Source of the DNA: Candidatus Krumholzibacteriia bacterium
Lineage (GTDB): Bacteria; Krumholzibacteriota; Krumholzibacteriia; LZORAL124-64-63
Reading direction: 5' to 3'
DNA: 64,000 nucleotides
NCBI GenBank assembly: GCA_046484865.1
Contig: JAWOID010000103.1
Location: 1-64,000 of the forward strand
Positions within the stretch are counted from its first letter, which is position 1. Each line of letters opens with the position of its first letter. Shown in pieces: positions 27,273 through 37,381 of the stretch. The notes under the pieces were generated by a model. It did no database searches, had not been told where the DNA came from, and worked only from the letters and a program-made list of their open reading frames with translations. A program made the translations under genes and the position numbers.

Positions 27273-28709
27273 ATGGATATGAAGATGGGGCTGCATCAGG
27301 GGCTGTATCAGCGCCAGCAGCTGGTCATGACACAGCGGCTGCAGCAGGCGCTCAAGCTCCTGCAGGTGCCCACGCTCGAGCTGGAGCAGATCCTGCGACA
27401 GGAACTGCAGAGCAATCCCCTGCTCGAGGAAGTGGATCCGGGCGAGATCACGGAGGAGGAGGCGCGTCAGGAGCAGGAGAGCGAGGCCGAGGGCGAAGGG
27501 ACCCGACCGGGCAAGGACGAGGGCATCGGCGAGCGGGTGGACTGGGACGAGTACTTCAAGGACGGTTTCCGGGGCGCCGCGTCCTCGCAGGAGTACGACG
27601 ACGACGACCATCTCGAACGCCCGCCGGTCTTCGTCCCCACCGGACAGCAGGACCTCAGCGAGCAGCTCTACCTCTCGGTGGACGACGGACAGGACCGCAT
27701 GATCGGCGAGTACCTCATCGGGTGCCTCAACGAGGACGGCTTCCTGGCCTGCACGCTGGAGGAGGTGGCCGCCTACTTCGAGGTGGACCTGGAGCGGGTT
27801 GAGTCGGTGCTGCGCATCGTGCAGTCGTTCGACCCGCCGGGGGTGGGCGCCCGCGACCTGCAGGAGTGCCTGCTGCTGCAGCTGGCCGCCCGGGGGCGGG
27901 AGGACTCGCCCGAAGCCGACGTGATCCGTCATCACTTCGAGGCGCTGAAGAACCGGAAGTTCGGCGACATCGCCCGCGAGATGAAGATCACCCCTCACGA
28001 CGTGCAGGAGATCGCCGCACGGATCGGCGAACTGGATCCGCGGCCCGGCCTGTCCGACGCCGCCGAGGGCGCGCGGCCGGTGGTTCCCGATCTGGTCGTC
28101 CACAAGGTCGACGAGGACGACGACGACTACGTCGTGTACCTGAACGACGTCAACCTGCCACGCCTGCGGGTCAGCGAGGCGTACGAGTCGCTCAAGCATC
28201 GGTCCCAGCGCGACAGCGACGCGGTGCAGTTCATCGACGAGAAGAAGCGCTACGCCGAGTGGATCATCAAGACCATCGAACAGCGGCGCCGCACCATGAT
28301 CAAGGTCATGGAAGCGATCGTGAACGAGCAGAAGGAGTTCTTCGAACACGGCGCCATCGCCCTGCGCCCGCTCACCCTGCAGCAGGTGGCCAGCGTCATC
28401 GGCATGCACGAATCGACGGTCTCGCGGGTGACGCGCCAGAAGTACGTGCAGACGCCCCGCGGCGTCTTTCCGCTGAAGTACTTCTTCAGCGCCGGGCTGG
28501 ACACCACCGGGGGCGACGAGGTGGCGGCCAAGGCGGTGAAGTCGATGATCCAGGACATCGTCGCCGCGGAAGACCCGCGCCGGCCGCTCTCGGACAAGAA
28601 GATCGTGGACCTGCTGGAACAGCGCGGTCTGAAGATCGCGCGTCGCACCGTTGCCAAGTACCGCGAGCAACTGGGCATCCTGAGCGCCCGCATGCGCAAG
28701 CAGTACTAG
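27273..28709 (+). CDS. rpoN: RNA polymerase sigma-54 factor
   Basis: Q/L-rich region I, PGVGARDLQECL, HESTVSR, PLSD, RpoN box ARRTVAKYRE. Confidence 0.97.
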   Translation: MDMKMGLHQGLYQRQQLVMTQRLQQALKLLQVPTLELEQILRQELQSNPLLEEVDPGEITEEEARQEQESEAEGEGTRPGKDEGIGERVDWDEYFKDGFRGAASSQEYDDDDHLERPPVFVPTGQQDLSEQLYLSVDDGQDRMIGEYLIGCLNEDGFLACTLEEVAAYFEVDLERVESVLRIVQSFDPPGVGARDLQECLLLQLAARGREDSPEADVIRHHFEALKNRKFGDIAREMKITPHDVQEIAARIGELDPRPGLSDAAEGARPVVPDLVVHKVDEDDDDYVVYLNDVNLPRLRVSEAYESLKHRSQRDSDAVQFIDEKKRYAEWIIKTIEQRRRTMIKVMEAIVNEQKEFFEHGAIALRPLTLQQVASVIGMHESTVSRVTRQKYVQTPRGVFPLKYFFSAGLDTTGGDEVAAKAVKSMIQDIVAAEDPRRPLSDKKIVDLLEQRGLKIARRTVAKYREQLGILSARMRKQY

Positions 28710-28769
28710 CGAGCCTTGGAGACCGCAGCCTGGTGCCGGCGAGACCGGCGACGACCGGGAGGAATCAGC

Positions 28770-29318
28770 ATGGAGCTGGAGATCCTGACCCGCCACTTCA
28801 ACCTGGCGGACGAGTCGCGGGAGAAGATCGAGGCGGGATTCGAGAAGCTGGAGCGGTTCAGCCCGCGACCGGTCAAGGAAGCGCGCCTGACCTTGACCTT
28901 CGAGAGCGGCTCGTTCGGCGCCGACGCGGCGCTCTTCCTCAAGAACAACGACTTCCGCGCCAGCGGCGAGGGTCCCGAACCGGAGCTGGCCGCCGGCGAG
29001 GCGATCGAGTCGCTCCGCAAGCAACTGGCCAAGTTCAAGGGCAAGATCAGCAGCCGCCAGAAGGGGGAGGAGGGCGGTCTGGGCCGCGCCCAGGTCGGTG
29101 ACGGGGCGCCGGTGCTGGTGCTCGAGGACACGGGTTTGACGCCGGACACCGGTCCGTCGCTGAACCTGCGCGATCTCGACGTGGAGAGCGCGATGGATGA
29201 GTTCGCACACAGCGACCTGCCGTTCCTGGTCTTCCGGGATCGAGCCACCTCCCGGGTGGGGGTGGTCTATCGCCGGCGGAGCGGCGAACTGGGCGTGCTC
29301 GAGTCTCGCGAGTCATGA
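28770..29318 (+). CDS. hpf: Ribosome hibernation promoting factor (long HPF)
   Basis: S30AE-type N-domain plus C-terminal FLVFRD..VVYRR..G domain; directly after rpoN. Confidence 0.85.
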   Translation: MELEILTRHFNLADESREKIEAGFEKLERFSPRPVKEARLTLTFESGSFGADAALFLKNNDFRASGEGPEPELAAGEAIESLRKQLAKFKGKISSRQKGEEGGLGRAQVGDGAPVLVLEDTGLTPDTGPSLNLRDLDVESAMDEFAHSDLPFLVFRDRATSRVGVVYRRRSGELGVLESRES

Positions 29319-30319
29319 GCGCTCGGGCACGAGCGCTCGGCGGGGCGGGCGCGGCGCGTCTCAGCGTCCAGAAGATCCTGACCGACCTGCGCGAGGACCT
29401 CGAGCTGGAGGTCCTCACGGCCCTGCCTCCCGAGCCGGTGCCCATCCTCGGTGCGGACGTCCACCGGCCCGGTATGGCGGTCATGGGCTTCGCCGAGAAC
29501 TTCCTGCCCCGGCGGTTGCAGGTCATGGGCGAGTCGGAGATGGCCTACCTGGCCACCCTGCCCGCGCCGGAGCAGTTGACCGCGCTCGAGCGGGTGTTCT
29601 CGCTGTCGCCCCCGGCGATCTTCGTGGCCAAGAGCCTGCCGCTGCCGGGAGCGGTGGTGGCGCTGGCGCGCGAGCGGGGCTTCCCGGTGCTGCGCAGCAG
29701 CCTGCCGGCGGTGGAACTGATCGACGAGCTGCACCGGTACCTCGAGCGGGCCTTCGCTCCGAGCTGCGAGGTGCACGGGACGCTGGTCGACGTGTACGGC
29801 GTGGGGCTTCTGTTCACCGGGCGCAGCGGCATCGGCAAGAGCGAGTGCGCCCTCGATCTCATCGAACGCGGCCACCGGCTGGTGGCGGACGACGTCGTGG
29901 AGATCTCGCGCAGCGGCGAGGACGTGCTCATCGGCCGCTACCGCGACGTGCTGCGCCACAACATCGAGATCCGCGGCATCGGCGTCATCGACATCCAGGC
30001 GATCTTCGGCATCCGGGCCATCCGCATGCAGAAGCGCATCGAGGTGGAGGTGGAGTTGCAGGACTGGGACGACTCGGTGGACTACGAGCGAGTGGGGATG
30101 GAGCGACGCTACACGGAGGTACTGGGCGTACGCCTGCCCCAGGTGATCGTACCGCTGTTCCCGGGCAAGAACATCACCGTCATCTCCGAGGTGATCGCCC
30201 TGGACTTCATGCTGAAGGTCTACGGGTACGACGCCGCCGAGGTCCTGAACCAGCGTATCCTGGAATCCATGCGCTCCAGCAAGGAACTGCGGCGCTACCT
30301 GGACCAGGACCGCGAGTGA
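29315..30319 (+). CDS. hprK: HPr kinase/phosphorylase
   Basis: HGTLVDVYGVG, GRSGIGKSE, GHRLVADD, EIRGIG. Confidence 0.96.
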   Translation: MSARARALGGAGAARLSVQKILTDLREDLELEVLTALPPEPVPILGADVHRPGMAVMGFAENFLPRRLQVMGESEMAYLATLPAPEQLTALERVFSLSPPAIFVAKSLPLPGAVVALARERGFPVLRSSLPAVELIDELHRYLERAFAPSCEVHGTLVDVYGVGLLFTGRSGIGKSECALDLIERGHRLVADDVVEISRSGEDVLIGRYRDVLRHNIEIRGIGVIDIQAIFGIRAIRMQKRIEVEVELQDWDDSVDYERVGMERRYTEVLGVRLPQVIVPLFPGKNITVISEVIALDFMLKVYGYDAAEVLNQRILESMRSSKELRRYLDQDRE

Positions 30320-30392
30320 CCCCGCGCATCCGGCCGCCTCGCGACGCGAACGGGCGACGCGGAGGCCGGGCGGGGAGAGAGATGATCGCGCC

Positions 30393-30779
30393 ATGATCCG
30401 CGCCCTCGTGCTGACCCATGGTCGTCTGGGCGAGTCGCTCGTCGAGGTCGTGGAGTTGCTCCTCGGACCCACGGACGGGCTCGTTCATCTGTCCAACCGC
30501 GGCCTGTCCGGCGAGCAGTTCGCCGCCTCGGTGGCGGCCTGGCTGGAGCAGGAGGAAGGCCCGTCCCTGCTGCTGGTCGACGACCGCGGCGGGAGCTGCG
30601 CCACCGCTGCGCGCATCGCGGGGCGTCGCCGCCGCGACGTCCGCATCGTCTGCGGCGTGAACCTGGCCATGCTGCTGGCGTACACGACGTGGCGCGAGAG
30701 CCAGGAACTGCCGGACCTGGTGCGACGCCTCGTGAACGCCGGCCGCGATGCCATCGTGGAGGTGGGCACCGAACCGTGA
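30393..30779 (+). CDS. PTS mannose-family EIIA
   Basis: LTHG phospho-His, DxxGGS, GVNLAML. Confidence 0.88.
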   Translation: MIRALVLTHGRLGESLVEVVELLLGPTDGLVHLSNRGLSGEQFAASVAAWLEQEEGPSLLLVDDRGGSCATAARIAGRRRRDVRIVCGVNLAMLLAYTTWRESQELPDLVRRLVNAGRDAIVEVGTEP

Positions 30780-31279
30780 CTATCGTGCTGGCGAGGATCG
30801 ACGACCGGCTGATCCACGGCCAGGTGACCGTGGGCTGGAGCCAGCATCTGCGGCCCGAGCGCATCGTGCTGGCCAACGACGTCGTGGCCGGCGACGACTG
30901 GCAGCGGCGGGTCTATGCCAGTTCGGTGCCGCCGAGCATCGAGGTGGCGGTGATCACCGTGGCGGAAGCCGGCTTCCTGCTGCGTCCGGCGGACCGTAAC
31001 GGCGGTGGCGCCCGCACCATCCTGCTGACCGCCGCGCCCGAGGACATGCTGGCGCTGGTGCGTGCGGGGGTCGATCTGTCCCGGGTCAACGTGGGCGGCA
31101 TGCACCACCAGCCGGGCAAGCACGCGCTGCTGCCGTACGTCTACGTCGGCGATACCGATCTGGAGGTGTTCCGGTCCCTGCTGCGGAGCGGCTGCCATCT
31201 GGTCGCCCAGCAGGTTCCCGGCGGGCGCGAACTGGCCATCGACGAGGGCGTGCTCGACGCCATGGAGGGACGGCTCTGA
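30776..31279 (+). CDS. PTS mannose-family EIIB
   Basis: RIDDRLIHGQV, VNVGGM. Confidence 0.92.
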   Translation: MTIVLARIDDRLIHGQVTVGWSQHLRPERIVLANDVVAGDDWQRRVYASSVPPSIEVAVITVAEAGFLLRPADRNGGGARTILLTAAPEDMLALVRAGVDLSRVNVGGMHHQPGKHALLPYVYVGDTDLEVFRSLLRSGCHLVAQQVPGGRELAIDEGVLDAMEGRL

Positions 31280-32028
31280 TGGAGGCCCCGGCAGCCGCGG
31301 GTCTCGCCGTGCTGACCGCGCCGGAGTGGATCGCGCTGCTGGTGCTCGGGGCGCTGCTCGTCCTGGACGATACGGCCCTGGCTCAGACCTGGCTCAGCCA
31401 GCCTTTGCCCGCCGGGATGCTGGCGGGGGCCCTGCTGGGGGACGTGGTCACGGGCGCGATGGTCGCCCTGCCGCTGCAGCTGGTCTCGCTGGCCAACCTG
31501 CCGGTCGGGCAGGGCTACCTCTGCGAGCCCACCGCGCCCGCCGTGGGGGCAGCGGCGGCGGCGTGCGCCGGCGGCCATGCGCTGGGACCGCTGGACGCCG
31601 CCGGTCTGGGCGCCGGGTCTCCCGTCCTGGGCTGGCTGGTCCTGGGGACGGTGCTGGCGAGCCTCACGGGGCATCCGCTGCTCCAGTGGGAACGCCGGAT
31701 CCATTTCCTGTGGATGCTGGCGGGACATCGCTCGCTGCGCGACGGCGACCTGAGGCGCGTGGAGACGCTCCAGGCGCGGGCGCTGGTCCTGACGGCGGTG
31801 CGCGGCGCCGTCGCCACCGCGGTCTGGGTGCTCGTGTTCGGCCGGCTCTGGTTGCCGCTGAGCGCCGGGCTCGGACCCGACCTGCGCCAGGCGGCGGCCT
31901 GGTTGCCGCTGGCCGCGGTCGGCGTGGCGTTCGGGGTGGTCATGGAGCGTCACCAGCCCGGCCGGGCCTGGGGCTGGCTGCTGGCCGGTGGCGCAGCGGG
32001 CATCGCGGTGGTCCGGTTGCTGGGCTGA
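31279..32028 (+). CDS. PTS mannose-family EIIC (divergent)
   Basis: Hydrophobic; LSQPL..G...GD...G..LQL..L.NLPVG pattern; located between EIIB and EIID. Confidence 0.78.
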   Translation: MEAPAAAGLAVLTAPEWIALLVLGALLVLDDTALAQTWLSQPLPAGMLAGALLGDVVTGAMVALPLQLVSLANLPVGQGYLCEPTAPAVGAAAAACAGGHALGPLDAAGLGAGSPVLGWLVLGTVLASLTGHPLLQWERRIHFLWMLAGHRSLRDGDLRRVETLQARALVLTAVRGAVATAVWVLVFGRLWLPLSAGLGPDLRQAAAWLPLAAVGVAFGVVMERHQPGRAWGWLLAGGAAGIAVVRLLG

Positions 32029-32110
32029 CGGGCGGACGACTGCCCGGCGATCCCGGAACGGCGAGACGAGTCGGGGCGCAACCACGCCTCGCCCGGGAAG
32101 AGGAGCGCGC

Positions 32111-32935
32111 ATGGAGACCGGCCGCAGGGTGCCGGGAGACGGCGAGCAGGCTGGACGGAACGACGCTCCGACGTCGCTGCCCGTGGCTGCTCTCGAGCCC
32201 CGGGTCCGCCTGGCGGTCTACCTGCGTTCGCTGGCGCTGCAGGCGTCCTGGAATCCCCAGCGGATGCAGAACCTGGGGCTGCTGGCGACTCTCACCCCGT
32301 GGCTGCGGCGCCAGAACGTCAGCCTGGACGAGCGGCGACTCTTCTGCCGGCGGCACTACGAGTTCTTCAACACGAATCCGTACCTGGCCAACTTCGTGAT
32401 CGGTGGTATCCTGCGGCTGGAGTCCGACCGGATCGGCCGGGGGCGGCCCGCCCCCCCGGCCATCCGGGTCTTCCGCGACTCCCTCGCGCGGACGTTCGCG
32501 GGCCTCGGCGACCAGCTGTTCTGGCTGGGGCTGCGTCCGGCGCTGATCCTGCTGATGGCCGTGCTGGTCCTGCTGGGCTGGCCCTGGGCTGCGCTGGCGG
32601 CGGCCGCGGCGGGAGCCGTGGGCCAGTTCGAGCTGCGCCGCCGGGCGCTGGCCAGCGGTTTCGCACGGGGATTCGACCTCGTGGAGGTCCTCGGTCACCC
32701 GGGCTGGCACCGTGCCATCGCGGCCAGCAAGAACACGGGAAAGGTCTTGACCGGTGCGGTCGCCGGTTGTTTCTTCGCCCGGATCCTGGCCCCGGGCAGC
32801 TTGGAGAGCATCGGACCGGCGCTGGCGCTGGCCGCGGGAGCGGTCGTCACCCCGGCCATGCGCAGGCGTCTGCCGGGAGAGGTGTTCCTGTTGCTGGCGG
32901 CCACCGCCGTGGTCGCGCTCGCTTTCGTCCTGTAG
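32111..32935 (+). CDS. PTS mannose-family EIID
   Basis: QASWNPQRMQNLG, FFNTNP, AGLGDQLFW. Confidence 0.88.
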   Translation: METGRRVPGDGEQAGRNDAPTSLPVAALEPRVRLAVYLRSLALQASWNPQRMQNLGLLATLTPWLRRQNVSLDERRLFCRRHYEFFNTNPYLANFVIGGILRLESDRIGRGRPAPPAIRVFRDSLARTFAGLGDQLFWLGLRPALILLMAVLVLLGWPWAALAAAAAGAVGQFELRRRALASGFARGFDLVEVLGHPGWHRAIAASKNTGKVLTGAVAGCFFARILAPGSLESIGPALALAAGAVVTPAMRRRLPGEVFLLLAATAVVALAFVL

Positions 32936-32998
32936 TCTCGAATTTCCTCGCACGCGCCGGCCCCGGGGCCGTGGCGGTCACGAACAAGGAAACGATCG

Positions 32999-33277
32999 TT
33001 GAAGACAGCTACCGCCATGGTCGCCGACCCCGTGGGATTCCACCTGCGCGCCGCCGGTCGCATCGTCAAGCTCACGAAGAGCTTCCACTCGGAAGTGACC
33101 GTCCGCTATGACGGGCGCACCGCGAATGCCAAGAGTATCATGGGGCTGGCCAGCCTGGCCGCCGAGTATGGCAGCACGGTGCACCTGGAGGTGGACGGTC
33201 CGGACGAGGAGGAAGCCCTGGCGCGTCTGGTCCATCTGATCGAGGTCGAACTCGCCCGGCCGGAGAACGGCGGCTAG
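32999..33277 (+). CDS. ptsH: Phosphocarrier protein HPr
   Basis: GFHLRAA (His15), NAKSIMG (Ser46), GPDEEEA. Confidence 0.93.
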   Translation: MKTATAMVADPVGFHLRAAGRIVKLTKSFHSEVTVRYDGRTANAKSIMGLASLAAEYGSTVHLEVDGPDEEEALARLVHLIEVELARPENGG

Positions 33278-33278
33278 C

Positions 33279-35036
33279 ATGCAGGTCCACTCCGGTATCG
33301 CGGCATCTCCCGGCTATGCGTACGGTCCCGTGCAGGTGATGCGCAAGCAGATCGTGTCGGCGCCGCGCCGGAGCATCGAGCCGTCCGAGGTCCCCGCGGA
33401 GCAAGCGCGATTCCGCGCGGCGCTGGATCGCGCCCGCGACCAGCTCGCCGGGCTCGTGGCCAAGCTCGCGCGGGAGCTGGGTCCCGACGAGGCCGGCATC
33501 CTCTCCACCCAGCTCCTGATGCTCGAGGACGAGATGGTGGTGGACGCCACCCTCGATCTGGTGGCCGCGAAGCTCGTCAACGCCGAGGCGGCCTTCACCC
33601 GGGCCGTGGGCGACATCGTCCTGCAGCTGCATGATGCCCAGGACGAGGCGCTGCGCGAGCGCATCGTCGACCTGCGCGACATGGAGGAACGGGTGCTGCT
33701 GGCGTTCGGCGACAAGGCGCCGCCGGTGGTGGTTCCGCCCGCCGAACCGAAGGTGATCGCCGCCCGCAACCTCACGCCCAGCGACACGGCGCTGCTCGGC
33801 CGCGAGCACGTCCTGGGCTTCGTCATCGACGAGGGCGGACCCACCGGTCACGTGGCCATCCTGGCCCGGTCGCTGGGCGTGCCCGCCGTGCTCGGCCTCG
33901 GGGGCGTGGCCGCCGGCCTCGCCGAAGGCTGCCTGGTGGCCCTGGACGGTGAGACCGGCGAGCTGTTCGTGGACCCGGACGCCGCCACCCGCGAGCGCAT
34001 CGAGCAGCTCGGGCGGCGGGCGGTGCGGGTGACCCGGAAACTGGACTACCTGCGTGACCTGCCGGCCGTCACGCCCGATGGCCGCCGCGTGATCCTGCTG
34101 GCGAACATCGAACTCCCCGCAGAGGTGGACGAGGCGCTGGCGCGCGGGGCGGAGGGCATCGGCCTGCTGCGCACCGAGTACTTCTTCTTCCAGCGCCAGG
34201 ACATCCCCAGCGAGCAGGACCAGGTGGCCACCTACAGCGAGATCCTCCGGCGCATGGAGGGGCGGACGGTCATCTTCCGCACCCTCGACGTGGGCGGCGA
34301 CAAGGTGTCGGAGTACCTCGGCGCCCGGCGCGAGTACAACCCCTTCCTCGGGTGGCGCGGCATCCGCTTCTCGCTGGCGAACCGGCCGCTCTTCAAGACG
34401 CAGGTGCGCGCCATCTACCAGGCTGCGGCCCGCGGACCGGCCCGGATCATGTTCCCCATGATCACCGGCGTGGAGGAACTGCGCGCCGCTCGGGACGTCT
34501 GCCTGGAATGCCGCGACGAACTGGCGCGCGAGGGGCTGGAGCACGATCCCGCACTGCCGGTGGGGCTGATGATCGAGACGCCTTCGGCCGCCGCGATCGC
34601 GGACCTGCTGGCCGCCGAGTGCGACTTCTTCAGCATCGGGACGAACGATCTGATCCAGTACACCCTCGCCATGGACCGCGGCAACAGCCGCGTCTCGTAC
34701 CTCTATCAGCCGCTGCACCCCGCGGTGCTGCGGGCCATCCGCCAGGTGGTGGACGCCGCCCATGCCGTGGGGATCGAGGCGGGGCTCTGCGGCGAGATGG
34801 GTTCGGAGACGCGCCTGGCCGAGGTGATGCTCGGGCTGGGGCTGGACGAGCTGAGCGTGACCGGCGCCGCCCTGGCCAAGGTGAAGCAGGTGATCCGCTG
34901 GACCGACTACGCCGAGGCCCGCAGCCTGGTGGACCGGTTGCTGCAGATGACCACCGCCGCCCAGGCGGATGCCTACGTGGCCGGCTACGTGGAGGCGCGG
35001 AAGCAATCGCGCGCCGCGGCCGGCGGCGTGGTGTGA
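33279..35036 (+). CDS. ptsI: PTS Enzyme I
   Basis: GIAASPG, GGPTGHVAILAR, GIGLLRTE, RTLDVGGDK, NPFLGWRGIR, SIGTNDLIQY, GLCGE. Confidence 0.96.
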   Translation: MQVHSGIAASPGYAYGPVQVMRKQIVSAPRRSIEPSEVPAEQARFRAALDRARDQLAGLVAKLARELGPDEAGILSTQLLMLEDEMVVDATLDLVAAKLVNAEAAFTRAVGDIVLQLHDAQDEALRERIVDLRDMEERVLLAFGDKAPPVVVPPAEPKVIAARNLTPSDTALLGREHVLGFVIDEGGPTGHVAILARSLGVPAVLGLGGVAAGLAEGCLVALDGETGELFVDPDAATRERIEQLGRRAVRVTRKLDYLRDLPAVTPDGRRVILLANIELPAEVDEALARGAEGIGLLRTEYFFFQRQDIPSEQDQVATYSEILRRMEGRTVIFRTLDVGGDKVSEYLGARREYNPFLGWRGIRFSLANRPLFKTQVRAIYQAAARGPARIMFPMITGVEELRAARDVCLECRDELAREGLEHDPALPVGLMIETPSAAAIADLLAAECDFFSIGTNDLIQYTLAMDRGNSRVSYLYQPLHPAVLRAIRQVVDAAHAVGIEAGLCGEMGSETRLAEVMLGLGLDELSVTGAALAKVKQVIRWTDYAEARSLVDRLLQMTTAAQADAYVAGYVEARKQSRAAAGGVV

Positions 35037-35067
35037 GGCGCGGCGACCGCGAGGAAGGTGATGCCGC

Positions 35068-36057
35068 ATGAAGGCCGTGATCCCGGCGGCGGGCGTGGGC
35101 ACGCGACTCCGCCCGCACACCCTCAACAAGCCCAAGGCGCTGCTGCCGGTGGCGGGCAAGCCCATCCTGGCGCACATCATCGACGACCTCACGGCGGCCG
35201 GCATCGCCGAGTGCGTGGTGATCATCGGCTACCACGGGGACTCGGTGCGCCGCTGGTTCGGCGAGCAGCGACCCGACGTGAAGATGCGTTTCGTCGAGCA
35301 GGAGCGGCGGCTGGGTCTGGGACACGCCGTCTGGACGGCGCGCGACGCGCTGGGTGACGAGCCGTTCTTCTGCATCCTGGGCGACACCATCCTCAAGGCC
35401 GATTACGCCGCCCTCCTGCAGGCGCCCACCAGCATCGTCGCGGTGCGCGAGGTGGAGGATCCGCGGCGGTTCGGCGTGGCCGAGACCCGCGACGGTCGCG
35501 TCACCCGCTTCGTCGAGAAGCCCGACCGGCCGACGAGCAACCTGGCGCTGGTGGGTGCGTACCTGTTCCGCGACGCGCCCGCCCTGTGGCGCGGCATGGA
35601 GCGCGTGATCCGCGAGGACATCCGCACCAAGAACGAGTACCAGCTCACCGACGGCCTCCAGCAGATGGTCGCGGAGGGGGTGGAACTGCGCACCGTGCCG
35701 GTGACGGACTGGTACGACTGCGGCAAGCGCGAGACCTGGCTGGAGACGAATCGCGTGCTCCTGGACCGCGAGGCGCCCGGGCCGGCGTCCGGCGGCGAGG
35801 GCGTGCGCATCACCCCGCCGTGCTTCGTCGGCGCGGGAGCGGAACTGCGAGACACGCGCATCGGCCCCCACGTCTCGGTGGGGCCGGGCGCGCGCCTGGT
35901 GGGCTGCGATCTGGCGGACTGCATCGTCGGCGAGCGGAGCACGCTCACCGGCTGCCGGCTGCGCGCGAGCCTCGTGGGCGAGCAGTGCCGGGTGACGGAC
36001 GTGACGGGCGAGATCAACATCGGCGACTTCTGCGAACTGCAGGGCGCAGGCTCCTGA
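35068..36057 (+). CDS. Sugar-phosphate nucleotidyltransferase (glucose-1-P thymidylyltransferase-like) with C-terminal beta-helix
   Basis: AAGVGTRLRPHT..PKAL, LGLGHA, FVEKP, EYQLTD, WYDCG. Confidence 0.9.
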   Translation: MKAVIPAAGVGTRLRPHTLNKPKALLPVAGKPILAHIIDDLTAAGIAECVVIIGYHGDSVRRWFGEQRPDVKMRFVEQERRLGLGHAVWTARDALGDEPFFCILGDTILKADYAALLQAPTSIVAVREVEDPRRFGVAETRDGRVTRFVEKPDRPTSNLALVGAYLFRDAPALWRGMERVIREDIRTKNEYQLTDGLQQMVAEGVELRTVPVTDWYDCGKRETWLETNRVLLDREAPGPASGGEGVRITPPCFVGAGAELRDTRIGPHVSVGPGARLVGCDLADCIVGERSTLTGCRLRASLVGEQCRVTDVTGEINIGDFCELQGAGS

Positions 36058-36108
36058 CGCCGTGAGGCGCTGGGCGCCGGGCGGCACGCGTGAGAGGTGG
36101 AATACCCC

Positions 36109-37257
36109 ATGAGCGAGCGTTTTCTCTTCACCAGCGAGTCGGTGACGGAGGGTCACCCGGACAAGGTGGCGGACCAGATCTCGGATGCGGTGGTCGACGC
36201 CATCATGGGCCCCGATCCGCAGGGACGCGTGGCCTGCGAAACCCTCGTCACCACCGGCATGGTGATGGTGGCCGGCGAGATCTCGACCGAGACGTACGTG
36301 GACATTCCGCGCCTGGTGCGGCATACCGTGCGCGGCATCGGCTACACGTCGCCGCTGTACGGCTTCGACCACGAGACGTGCGCGGTGCTCACCGCCATCG
36401 ACGAGCAGTCGCCCGACATCTATCAGGGCGTGCGCATCGGCGGCGCAGGGGATCAGGGATTGATGTTCGGTTATGCGTGCCGCGAGACCGACGTTCTGAT
36501 GCCGCTGCCGATCACCCTGGCCCACCGCCTGGCGCAGCGCCTCGCCGAGGTGCGCAGGGAGGGCATCTTGCCCTGGGTGCGCCCCGACGGCAAGACGCAG
36601 GTCACCATCGCCTACGAGGCGCCCGGCCGGCCGGTGTCCGTCGACACGGTGGTGGTCTCCACCCAGCACGACCCCGAGGCATCCAACGCCGAGATCCGCG
36701 AGGGCATCACCCGCGAGGTCATCGAGCCGATCCTGGAGCGGTTCGGCGTGGAACACGCCGGCTACACCGCACACATCAACCCCACCGGGCGCTTCGTCGT
36801 CGGCGGGCCGGTGGGCGACTGCGGCCTGACCGGACGGAAGATCATCGTGGACACCTACGGCGGAGCGGCCGCCCACGGCGGCGGCTGCTTCAGCGGCAAG
36901 GACGGCACCAAGGTCGACCGGTCGGCCTCGTATGCCGCCCGCTGGGTGGCCAAGAACGTGGTGGCCGCGGAGCTCGCCAGCCGTTGCCAGGTGCAGCTGG
37001 CCTACGCCATCGGCGTGGCGGAGCCGGTGTCGGTGAACATCGACACCTACGGTACCGGTCGGGCCCCCGACGGGCGCATCACGCGAGCCATCCGCGAGGT
37101 CTTCGACCTGACGCCGCTGGGGATCATCGAGAGCCTGCAGCTGCGGCGCCCCATCTTCCTGCCCACGGCTGCATACGGCCATTTCGGTCGCGAGGACGAG
37201 GGCTTCACCTGGGAGCGACGCGATCGGGTGGAGGCGCTGCAGCAGGCCGTGGGCTAA
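36109..37257 (+). CDS. metK: S-adenosylmethionine synthetase
   Basis: [52 protein letters not shown]. Confidence 0.97.
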   Translation: MSERFLFTSESVTEGHPDKVADQISDAVVDAIMGPDPQGRVACETLVTTGMVMVAGEISTETYVDIPRLVRHTVRGIGYTSPLYGFDHETCAVLTAIDEQSPDIYQGVRIGGAGDQGLMFGYACRETDVLMPLPITLAHRLAQRLAEVRREGILPWVRPDGKTQVTIAYEAPGRPVSVDTVVVSTQHDPEASNAEIREGITREVIEPILERFGVEHAGYTAHINPTGRFVVGGPVGDCGLTGRKIIVDTYGGAAAHGGGCFSGKDGTKVDRSASYAARWVAKNVVAAELASRCQVQLAYAIGVAEPVSVNIDTYGTGRAPDGRITRAIREVFDLTPLGIIESLQLRRPIFLPTAAYGHFGREDEGFTWERRDRVEALQQAVG

Positions 37258-37280
37258 CCGGCGCGGCGCCGGCCGGGCCG

Positions 37281-37323
37281 GGCGGAGAACAAGGCGGAGA
37301 CCAGGGCGCAGACCAGAGCGCAG
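37281..37323 (+). repeat. Degenerate 12-bp tandem repeat (~3.5 units)
   Basis: GGCGGAGAACAA GGCGGAGACCAG GGCGCAGACCAG AGCGCAG. Confidence 0.6.
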
Positions 37324-37357
37324 CGGGACGGTCGAGAGACCGTCCCGCTGTATTTGT
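37321..37357 (+). terminator. Terminator hairpin between convergent metK and the PKD gene
   Basis: CAGCGGGACGGTC-GAGA-GACCGTCCCGCTG (13-bp stem, GNRA loop), followed by TATTTGT. Confidence 0.75.
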
Positions 37358-37381
37358 ACGCCTGGCCGAGCCGGTGCGGTC

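Noticed and set aside
37281..37350. CRISPR-like repeat array
   Set aside because: Only short degenerate 12-mers without spacers, followed by an ordinary terminator hairpin; no cas genes.
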